The notes under the pieces are model-generated. The model searched no databases. It was not told where the DNA came from and was given only the letters and a program-made list of their open reading frames with translations. A stretch of DNA of 26,342 bases from Gemmatimonadota bacterium. GTDB lineage: Bacteria > Gemmatimonadota > Gemmatimonadetes > Gemmatimonadales > Gemmatimonadaceae. Positions 16,442 through 23,867 of the stretch are shown here, one piece after another (position 1 is the stretch's first letter; each line of letters begins with the position of its first letter). The stretch lies in NCBI GenBank assembly GCA_040006195.1, contig JBDTXL010000471.1:1-26342 (forward strand), in the 5' to 3' direction. Both the position numbers and the translations under genes were made by a program.

Positions 16442-18532
16442 TCACTTTGGAATGAAGTAGTCCTGGGCGCCGATGATCTGCCATTCACCATCGCGGCGCT
16501 GCCAGCTGTCGGTGAACGAATACCGGCGATCGAAGGGACCGCTCTTGGTCCGTCCCTTCAGATGAAGAACGCCGGTGATGATTTGTGTCTCGCCGAAGTC
16601 GTGCACTTTCATCCCCTCGTTCGCCGCCCACGTCGTCGTGTCCTCGCCTGTCAAGCTCGCGATGACGTCGGCGCGACTGATCACGGCCGAGTCCTCTGTG
16701 TAAATGAAACCGGGCGCGAGCATCCGCTCGAACATCTTCGTGTCGCGCGCAACGAGCCCGCGCGTCCACTCCTCCTCGCGCTGAAGCGGCATCATCACCG
16801 GCGCGGCACTCGCTGGAGCGGTGCCATCGCGAGCGTCCGATGTGAGCACCGCCATCTTCGCGTGATACACCGCCGTTCCGCCAACGTACGTCGACACCAC
16901 GTGCGCGCCGAGAATCCGCTCGGGAGCGACGGTCATGATGTCGCGATCCAACACGGTGAAGTCGGCGTACTTTCCGACAGTGATCGATCCCAGCTCATTC
17001 TCCTGAAATGCCGCGTACGCCGGCCACAGCGTCATCGAGCGGAGCGCCTCCTCGCGCGTCATTCGCTGATCAGGGTACCAGCCGCCGGCTGGCATGTTGT
17101 CCGCGTCCTGTCGCGTGACAGAGGAATGAAAAGTGATGATGGGGTTTACGTGCTCGACAGGAAAGTCGGTGCCGTTGGGGATCACGACTCCGGTGTTGAG
17201 CAGCGAGCGCCACGCATACGCACCGCGAATGCGCTCGGAGCCAAGGCGACGCTCGGCCCACGGCATGTCGCTCGTTTGGTGACTCGCCTGCATGCTCGGG
17301 ATGACGCCGAGCTGCGCGAAGCGCGGAATGTCCTGTGGCGAGATGATCTGCGCGTGCTCGATACGGAGCCGCGCGTCTGCGGTGGGGACGGCATCGAGCG
17401 CCGCCTGATACGCATCGAGCGCATTGCGGTTGCCACGATCGCCAATTGCGTGCGTGCTCACCTGAAAGCCGTGCTTCAGGGCGAGCGTCGACATCGCCGT
17501 GAGATGCTCGAGCGTAGAGACCAGCAGCCCCGTGTTCGCGCCATCATCGCTGTAGGGAGCGAGTAGCGCGGCGCCGCGCGAGCCCAGCGCGCCGTCGGCG
17601 AACAGCTTGATGCCGCGCACCCAAACGTGACCGTCGTATTCCGCCGACTTGGGGCCGCGAGAGAAATAGTATGTGAGCGCCGCCGAATCGTCGGCGACCA
17701 TCTCGTACGTGCGGAGTGGAAGCTTCTTCGCGCTCGCCAGCGACTCGAGCGCCTCGATCGTCGCACGCTCGGCGCCCATGTCCTGCACCTCGGTGAGCCC
17801 CCACTTGTTGCTCTCCGCTGCCGCAGCGCGAAGAAGCTCGGAGCGCCGCGCGGCCGTAAGCTGCGGCACCGCACGACCGACCAGCCCCATCGCGTTGTCG
17901 ACGAACACGCCGGTCGGATTTCCCTTCGCGTCGCGCACCACGCGGCCGCCCGTCGGATCGGGTGTCTTTGACGTGATCCCGGCAGCGCGCATCGCGGCGG
18001 CATTGACGAGCACCGCGTGTCCGTCGACGCGGTCGAGGAGCACCGGATGATCGGGCACCGCGCGCGACAGCGCATCGTTCGACGGGAATTCCTTCACCGG
18101 CCACCGATTCTGATCCCATCCATTACCGCGGATCCACTCGCCTGCCTTCGCGCTCTTCGCGCGCGCAGCGACGCGCGAGATGACCTCCTCGTACGATGAC
18201 ACGCCGTCGAGGTCGACGCTCTCGAGTGCCTGGCCGAGCCCCAGCAGATGCGCGTGCGCATCGATGAAGCCTGGGTACACGGTGGTGCCGCGGAGGTCAA
18301 GCAGCTGCGTGCGCGGCCCCTTGAGCGTCATCGCGCCACGCGTAGAGCCGACGAAGACGAACTTCCCCTCGCGCACCGCGAGCGCCTCGACGATGGGTCG
18401 CGTCGGGTCGACGGTGTAGATCCTGGCCCCCGTCACTATGAGATCGGCAGGCGCGGAAGCCTGCGCGAGCGAGTGCACGGGCGCGAGGAGTATCAGGGCA
18501 GCGACGGTCGCACGAAGTCTCGTCATGGTCAC
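16442..18532 (-). CDS. Exported amidohydrolase family 3 (YtcJ-like) fused to a C-terminal NTF2-like (DUF4440) domain
   Basis: 696 aa (GTG 18532, or ATG 18526). Signal peptide; DAHAH, KLFADGALGSRGA, THAIGD, IEHAQ, GTDFP. After GGTAVY an Ala/Pro linker, then EEEWTRGLVARD...LAPGFIYT...FTDSWQRRDGEWQIIGAQ. Confidence 0.9.
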   Translation of the reverse strand: MTMTRLRATVAALILLAPVHSLAQASAPADLIVTGARIYTVDPTRPIVEALAVREGKFVFVGSTRGAMTLKGPRTQLLDLRGTTVYPGFIDAHAHLLGLGQALESVDLDGVSSYEEVISRVAARAKSAKAGEWIRGNGWDQNRWPVKEFPSNDALSRAVPDHPVLLDRVDGHAVLVNAAAMRAAGITSKTPDPTGGRVVRDAKGNPTGVFVDNAMGLVGRAVPQLTAARRSELLRAAAAESNKWGLTEVQDMGAERATIEALESLASAKKLPLRTYEMVADDSAALTYYFSRGPKSAEYDGHVWVRGIKLFADGALGSRGAALLAPYSDDGANTGLLVSTLEHLTAMSTLALKHGFQVSTHAIGDRGNRNALDAYQAALDAVPTADARLRIEHAQIISPQDIPRFAQLGVIPSMQASHQTSDMPWAERRLGSERIRGAYAWRSLLNTGVVIPNGTDFPVEHVNPIITFHSSVTRQDADNMPAGGWYPDQRMTREEALRSMTLWPAYAAFQENELGSITVGKYADFTVLDRDIMTVAPERILGAHVVSTYVGGTAVYHAKMAVLTSDARDGTAPASAAPVMMPLQREEEWTRGLVARDTKMFERMLAPGFIYTEDSAVISRADVIASLTGEDTTTWAANEGMKVHDFGETQIITGVLHLKGRTKSGPFDRRYSFTDSWQRRDGEWQIIGAQDYFIPK

Positions 18533-18678
18533 GCGGGGCGATTGATGTAGACGTGCACGAAGCTGACCGACGTCGACTCCTCACCAACGGCCGACGCGCA
18601 GCGCTTCACCGAACAGCTACGAAACTCGCCTGCCGCGAACCCTGCGGGAAGGCTCGTCTCGAGAAGAGGCGGCCGACG
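18529..18678 (-). pseudogene. C-terminal remnant of a TrxB-like (cNMP-TrxR family) gene; not in the ORF track
   Basis: Manual translation: RRPPLLETSLPAGFAAGEFRSCSVKRCASAVGEESTSVSFVHVYINRPA*. 23/35 identical to the C-terminus of 21425..23122 (ETSLP...SFV). No start codon; in-frame TAG at 18723-18721 upstream. Its TGA overlaps the GTG of the amidohydrolase. Confidence 0.82.
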
Positions 18679-18813
18679 GCCGGCGATCCGATCGCTATTG
18701 CCGAGTCCGTTCCCCGTCCCCTATTCTGTGCGCTGGCATCGTTCCTTCTCGGTGACCGAATCGAATTCAGCCGCTGCAGAAGCCTTGCAGCTGCAATCAT
18801 TGGAGAGCCTGTA

Positions 18814-19749
18814 ATGAGCCGTCGCTCAGTACTTCTCGCTTTCTTTCTGACATTGCCACAGGCGCTACTGGCGCAGCGCGGCGGCCCCGCACTATCCGCC
18901 GAAACGGAGATCGACTCGCTCCCGGATATAGCCATTCACGGATGGCGCCCTACGGGCTGTCTCGCGACGCTGGCGCCGCAGAGCATGCATCGCGAGCCCG
19001 TGTTCCTGGCCGCCACCATGCCGCCCCACACCGTCAACGTATTTACTCTGCAGGCCGACCTCATCGCGCAGGATGTCGCAGCCGAGATGCGGAGAGCGCT
19101 TGGAGCACGAGGCGAGGATGCGCCGATCGCGGACGGAAAGCTATCATGGTATTCGGTGCCGGCGCAGATCGTCGTCACGGCCATGAGAACGGGAGAGATG
19201 CGATGGCGAGCGCGCGGCATCATCGATGACTCGAGCGCGACGTCGCTGCTCGCACATGCATTCGATTCGGTTCGCGCGCGAGGGACGATGCTGATGGTCT
19301 GGCCAGACGACAACACGGCCGACTCCGTGCTTTTTCGATTGACGCTCGTCGCTCAGCCCGCCGACTCGAAGAACGTGATCTACCCGCATTCGCTTGCCCG
19401 CGTGAAATTCACCGCCTTCTTTCTCTCCGTACCCGAGGAGAAGCCTCCCCGACCCGCGGATGGGCAGTCTCCGCCGAAGTATCCCGAGTACAATGAGCGC
19501 GAGCGCGTCGCGGGCGATCTCCTGATGCGCTTTGTGATCGATAGTACTGGACGCGTGGAGCCCGCGAGCATTCACGACGTTTGGCCGAGCGACCAGCCGA
19601 GACTCGCGGGAGATTTGGACCGCTACTACGACGCCTTCGTGGCCTCCGTGACGGCGTGGGACAAAAATGTGAAGTTCGCTCCAGCGCGAGTTGGAGTATG
19701 CCCGGTGCGCGCGGCGGCACTACAGCCGATGCACTTCGTGGCGCCTTAA
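18814..19749 (+). CDS. Exported protein with an unrecognised N-terminal domain and a C-terminal TonB-C-like domain (paralog 1)
   Basis: GGAG-8 nt-ATG 18814; 311 aa. Signal peptide ending ALLA-Q; C-term PPKYP..ERERVAGDLLMRFVIDSTGRVEPASI...FVASV...KFAPARVG..V...QPMHF matches the TonB C-terminal pattern. Confidence 0.75.
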   Translation: MSRRSVLLAFFLTLPQALLAQRGGPALSAETEIDSLPDIAIHGWRPTGCLATLAPQSMHREPVFLAATMPPHTVNVFTLQADLIAQDVAAEMRRALGARGEDAPIADGKLSWYSVPAQIVVTAMRTGEMRWRARGIIDDSSATSLLAHAFDSVRARGTMLMVWPDDNTADSVLFRLTLVAQPADSKNVIYPHSLARVKFTAFFLSVPEEKPPRPADGQSPPKYPEYNERERVAGDLLMRFVIDSTGRVEPASIHDVWPSDQPRLAGDLDRYYDAFVASVTAWDKNVKFAPARVGVCPVRAAALQPMHFVAP

Positions 19750-19782
19750 TACAGTGGCACTCGCTAGAGGATATCGGAGCGC

Positions 19783-20019
19783 GCTGCGGGGCAGCCGGTG
19801 TTGTCCACCTTTCACGATCTGTGGCCTGCCGACAAACCGAGACTCACGGGAATCAACTCGGCTTACTACAATCAATTTCTATCGATGATCAAATCGTGGA
19901 CGAGCAAATCCAGCTTTGCCCCCGCGCACGCTGGATCGTGCAAGACCGCTTCGGTCGTGCGTTCCGCGTTCGACTTCGACGGAACGCGAGGGGCCGACCG
20001 CTACACCGCCTGGGAGTGA
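19783..20019 (+). pseudogene. Orphan C-terminal fragment of the TonB-C-like family (third copy)
   Basis: HDLWPADKPRLTGINSAYYNQFLSMIKSWTSKSSFAPAHAGSC is 19/43 identical to HDVWPSDQPRLAGDLDRYYDAFVASVTAWDKNVKFAPARVGVC of the upstream gene. In-frame TAG at 19765-19767 closes the frame upstream; no signal peptide. Confidence 0.76.
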
Positions 20020-20026
20020 GCGGGAG

Positions 20027-20371
20027 CTAGCCCTGCACCATCGTCCCCGACGCCACCGGCGTTCCCGCGTCACTCTCGAGCACGGTGAAACGGAGCTCGC
20101 GCGCTGAGTCGGCGCTCTCGTCGGCATGTGTGAGAATCACGCACGAGCTCGGGACTATTTTGCCATCGAGCATCGGTCGCTGTGCGTTGTCGACCGTATA
20201 TGTGCCGGAGTGGGTGAACGGAATCGCGTGCGCACCAGCGCGCTGTGTCGTGCCTCCGCCGCTCAGATGCCCGTCGCCGTCGAAGTCCACCCAGCCGATG
20301 TAGTCGACGAGCTCATAACCATCGATCTCGTCGTTGAGCTCCCATCCCCTCTCACCGGCGAGCGGACACAC
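20027..20371 (-). CDS. Hypothetical beta-rich protein, possibly 5'-degraded
   Basis: 114 aa from GTG. Protein-like alternating beta pattern (YIGWVDFDGDGHLSGGGT...FTHSGTYTV...LRFTVL). Weak RBS spacing and no signal peptide. Confidence 0.45.
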   Translation of the reverse strand: MCPLAGERGWELNDEIDGYELVDYIGWVDFDGDGHLSGGGTTQRAGAHAIPFTHSGTYTVDNAQRPMLDGKIVPSSCVILTHADESADSARELRFTVLESDAGTPVASGTMVQG

Positions 20372-20463
20372 GTCTCCAAATGGCGCAGGGTATCGCGCGC
20401 ACTCGCAAGCGACTATCGTGACTTGGAGCGTATTTAACGCGTTTCCGATCGCTGCGGAGCCGC

Positions 20464-21423
20464 ATGCATTTCTCCCGAGTCCCAGGCGCGCGTGCGACGC
20501 TGGCGTTGAGCGCGTCGCTGGCGTTCGCCCTGCCTAACGAGGGACGCGCGCAGAGCCCCATATCCGTGCTGTCGGATAGCATGTCGAGGCTCTATGGAGG
20601 AAGGAATCTCCCATTCACGTGGCGGCCGTCGTGGCCCTGCCTGGCCTCCATTCCACAGTCCGAATTGCGGCGCGCCACCGTGTTCCTCACGGCGACGACG
20701 AACGACACGATGAACCGTCTGCAAGTGTCACAAGCCAACGAGATCGGTCGCGCCGTAGCCGCTCAGATCCGACACATGATCGGTGGCCCCGTCGATTCCA
20801 TTCCCGACGGCGCAACGCGAATGACATGGCGCGCGCTCCCCGCGCTTCTCACGGTGACGGAATTCCCGGATGGTCGAATTACTCGCGTTGTGCGCGGGCC
20901 CCCTGCGGATACGAGCGCGTCGACCCTGCTGCTCGAGGCTTACGACGACGTACGCGAAGCGGGAGGAGCGAAGATGCCCTGGCCGCCGGGAAGCTCGACG
21001 GATTCCGTGGACGTGAGCGTCTGGCTGCAGGATGCGAACGTCGACACCTCTGGCGACGTTCGTGATCGCGATCCCGGCGAGCCGAAGTTCACGGCATTTA
21101 CGCTGATGCAACCAATCGTGCGCTTCCTGGGCCACAGCAACAACACCAAGCTTCGATATCCCAAAGAGAACGCGCATGAACGCATCGAGGGAATGGTCTC
21201 GGTGCGATTCGCCGTCGACACGAATGGCCGGGTGGATCTCACGAGCATCTACGAAGTGCAGGCCGTAGACTCGCGGCACCCGCCGGATCAATCACCCGCT
21301 CACCTTGCCTTCGTGCAGGTGGTCACCGAGTGGATTCCAAAAAACGAATATTCGCACTATAGCGTGGGGCGGTGCGGGGCCGCGATAGTCCGGGAGCAAC
21401 CTGTAGAATTCCTGATCCCTTAG
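20464..21423 (+). CDS. Exported protein with an unrecognised N-terminal domain and a C-terminal TonB-C-like domain (paralog 2)
   Basis: 319 aa. Signal peptide; colinear with 18814..19749 (WRP..CLA, VFL.AT, VAA..R, W..PA..VT, D.SA..LL..A.D.VR..G..M.WP...DSV, KFTAF.L..P); C-term LRYP...RIEGMVSVRFAVDTNGRVDLTSI...AFVQVV...QPVEF. Confidence 0.75.
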   Translation: MHFSRVPGARATLALSASLAFALPNEGRAQSPISVLSDSMSRLYGGRNLPFTWRPSWPCLASIPQSELRRATVFLTATTNDTMNRLQVSQANEIGRAVAAQIRHMIGGPVDSIPDGATRMTWRALPALLTVTEFPDGRITRVVRGPPADTSASTLLLEAYDDVREAGGAKMPWPPGSSTDSVDVSVWLQDANVDTSGDVRDRDPGEPKFTAFTLMQPIVRFLGHSNNTKLRYPKENAHERIEGMVSVRFAVDTNGRVDLTSIYEVQAVDSRHPPDQSPAHLAFVQVVTEWIPKNEYSHYSVGRCGAAIVREQPVEFLIP

Positions 21424-21424
21424 T

Positions 21425-23122
21425 TCAGTCCTTGAGCGCCTGCAACACAAAGGAACAGGCGATCGATCCTTCGCCCACCGCCGATGCCACTCGCTTCACG
21501 TTTCCCGAGCGGACATCGCCAACGGCGAAAACTCCGGGCAGGCTCGTCTCCATGAGCATCGGCGCGCGGGCGCGCGGCCACTCCGCGGCGTGGAGCTCTT
21601 CGGGCGAGAGATCGGCGCCCGTCTTGATGAATCCGTTCGCGTCCATCGCCACGCATCCGCCCAGCCACGCGGTGCTCGGCTCCGCGCCTGTCATTACGAA
21701 GATGTGTCGAATGTCGTGCTGAACGCTCGTCCCAGTCACCTTGTCGACCCAGCAAACTTGCTCGAGATGCGACTCGCCCGCGACCTCCGTGACCTCCGTG
21801 TGCGTGTGCAACTCGATCATGGGATTCTGCTCGATGCGCATGGTGAGATAGCGCGACATCGTTTCGTTGAGTGAGCTTCCCCGGATGAGCACGTGCACGC
21901 GCTTCGCGTGCTGCGAGAGGTACACGGCCGCCTGACCCGCGGAGTTGCCGCCGCCAACGATGATTACATCCTCGCCGCGGCAAAGCTGCGCCTCGATGAA
22001 GCTCGCGCCGTGATAGATTCCGGCGCCCTCGAATCTCTCGATCTGTTCGATCGGCAGCTTTCGATACTCGGCACCCGTAGCGATGACCACCGTCCTGGCC
22101 GATACCCGCGAGCCATCGGCCAGCTCGATGCAGTACGGCTTTCGGTCGCAATGGAGCTTCACCGCATCGGCGATCAACACCTTCGCACCGAACTTCTGCG
22201 ACTGCGAGTTCGCGCGCGCAGCGAGCTCGCGACCGGAAACGCCGAGCGGGAAGCCGAGGTAGTTTTCGATGTTCGAGCTCGAGCCGGCCTGTCCACCCGG
22301 CGCATTACCTTCGACGACGATCACGTCGAGCCCTTCGCTCGCGCCAAAGACTGCGGCGGCGAGTCCGGCCGGCCCCGCTCCGATGACCACCATGTCGCGG
22401 ACAGGAGTCTGATCGATCGACTCGTTGAAGCCGAGACACTTCGCGATCTCCGCGTTGCTCGGATTGCGCAGCACCTCTCTCCCGGCCCAGATCAGCACCG
22501 GAACATCCGTGATCTTGAAGTGGAAGCGGTCGAGGAGATCCTGAATTCCGTCGTCGTGATCGAGGTCGATGTTCGAGTACGGGTGCCCGTTCCGCATCAG
22601 GAACTCGCGAATGCGCAGCGTCCCCGGCGAATGATCGGACCCGATCAGCACCACGTCGCCGAGATCATGCGCAATGAGCGTGAGGCGTCGGAGAATGAAC
22701 GCGCGCATGAAGATCTCACCCAGCTCGGCGTCCGTCTGCACGAGTTGCAGCAGTGCGTCGCGCGAGAGCTCGACGACCTCGCCAGCCTGCGTGACACGCA
22801 CGGAAACGAGGCTGCGGCGGCCCGAAAGCATATTTGCTTCGCCGGTGAACTTCCCCGCCGTATGCGTCGTCACGACCGTCTCGATGTTGTTCGATTCGCG
22901 CACAGCCTGGATCTCACCTTTCACGACGACGAAGAAGCGCGTGTTGTATACGCCCGCGTGGATGAGCACTTCGCCAAGGGCGACAGTATGCGTGGTTCCA
23001 TGGGACGCGATGCGCGCAATCTGCGTTTCGGCGAGTGTCGGAAAAGCGTGGTCGATCGCTGATGCCGGAATCGTACCTGGCACCCGAAGTTGCCGCACGT
23101 CGAGCCCACCGATCTGCGTCAT
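21425..23122 (-). CDS. cNMP-binding domain / glutaredoxin-like / thioredoxin reductase-like FAD oxidoreductase
   Basis: 565 aa. cNMP domain (FFVVVKGEI...FTGEANMLSGR); middle domain (LRIREFLMRNGHPY...VPVL); GAGPAG, GGQAGSSSNIENYLGFP, IATGAEY, VGGGNSAGQAA, FAVGDVR..VKRVASAVGEG. CXXC position reads ASFIEAQLC. Confidence 0.9.
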   Translation of the reverse strand: MTQIGGLDVRQLRVPGTIPASAIDHAFPTLAETQIARIASHGTTHTVALGEVLIHAGVYNTRFFVVVKGEIQAVRESNNIETVVTTHTAGKFTGEANMLSGRRSLVSVRVTQAGEVVELSRDALLQLVQTDAELGEIFMRAFILRRLTLIAHDLGDVVLIGSDHSPGTLRIREFLMRNGHPYSNIDLDHDDGIQDLLDRFHFKITDVPVLIWAGREVLRNPSNAEIAKCLGFNESIDQTPVRDMVVIGAGPAGLAAAVFGASEGLDVIVVEGNAPGGQAGSSSNIENYLGFPLGVSGRELAARANSQSQKFGAKVLIADAVKLHCDRKPYCIELADGSRVSARTVVIATGAEYRKLPIEQIERFEGAGIYHGASFIEAQLCRGEDVIIVGGGNSAGQAAVYLSQHAKRVHVLIRGSSLNETMSRYLTMRIEQNPMIELHTHTEVTEVAGESHLEQVCWVDKVTGTSVQHDIRHIFVMTGAEPSTAWLGGCVAMDANGFIKTGADLSPEELHAAEWPRARAPMLMETSLPGVFAVGDVRSGNVKRVASAVGEGSIACSFVLQALKD

Positions 23123-23763
23123 TTGGCGAGAAATCCCGTCACGAGCGCGATCGTCGCTGTGGGATTCTCTTCCATGATCCAGTGCCCCGAGTTAGGCACG
23201 ATGCCCTGGGTCACGTTCGACGCGGCCGCACGCATCACCGTGGCCATCATCGGCCCGAACGAGTGATCCCCTCCCAGCGCGAGCACCGGCATGGTGAGCA
23301 GTCCCTTCGCAACGAATGCCTTGTTGTCGATGGCATCCTGGTCGAAGGCATGAAACTGCTCGAAGCCCGCATGCATGCGTCCCGGCTTCGCGTAAATGGC
23401 AGCGTAGTGTGCGCGAGTCGCATCGTCGAACTTCTTCGGGTCCGCGGAGAATTCGTTCCAAAGTCGATCCAGGTAGATTCGCTCCCGGCCGGCGACGAGA
23501 CGGTCTTCGTCCGGTCCCCAGAAGGAGAAGTGCCAGACTTTGTGGTCCGCCTTGATCGCATCCCACGGGCCGATGCCCGGAAGCGGTGCGTCGATCAGCA
23601 CGAAGTGGCGCACGTGGAGCGAGGTGCCATTGGTGGGGATTTCCTGCACACGAAAACCCGCGGGCAGCGGAGCTACCTGAGCGGAGACGGAACGGCCGAT
23701 GGCCACGACCAACGCGACCGCGCGAGCGGTTACAGCAAAACGGGAAATTCTCATCTCGTACAT
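23119..23763 (-). pseudogene. Alpha/beta hydrolase (epoxide hydrolase-like) with an in-frame internal deletion
   Basis: Signal peptide and AQVAPLPAGFRVQEIPTNGTSLHVR join directly to HFVLIDAPLPGIGPW...GRERIYLDRLWNEF...PVLALGG...SGHWIMEENP. The HG oxyanion motif, PDLRG loop and nucleophile elbow are absent (junction about 23608-23613). Stop overlaps the TrxR-like ATG (ATGA). Start 23763 or 23754. Confidence 0.8.
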
Positions 23764-23867
23764 TATGTCGGCCAGGCGATGATGGCGAGTTACCCGATTG
23801 GGTAGTCTGCTATAGCAGGATTCGTCTTTGGCCGCGCAGTCATCCGCTTTCGGAAATGTGAGCCACG

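Noticed and set aside
184-17566. Many long Arg/Ala/Pro-rich overlapping ORFs (e.g. 184..1146, 3897..5066, 5550..6710, 7341..8282, 15532..16491, 16562..17566)
   Set aside because: These are shadow frames expected in high-GC DNA. Each overlaps a motif-supported gene and shows no domain signatures.
19570-20019. Diversity-generating retroelement (VR/TR pair) explanation for the duplicated TonB-C tip
   Set aside because: Codon-by-codon comparison shows differences at all four bases, not only at adenines; identity is far below that of a TR/VR pair; and no reverse transcriptase gene is in the window.
18814-21423. Calling these genes tonB (energy transducer)
   Set aside because: They have no Pro-rich spacer, their N-termini look like cleavable signal peptides, and no exbB/exbD is nearby.
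21425-23122. Calling this gene trxB
   Set aside because: It has no CxxC and carries two extra N-terminal domains, so it is not the housekeeping thioredoxin reductase.
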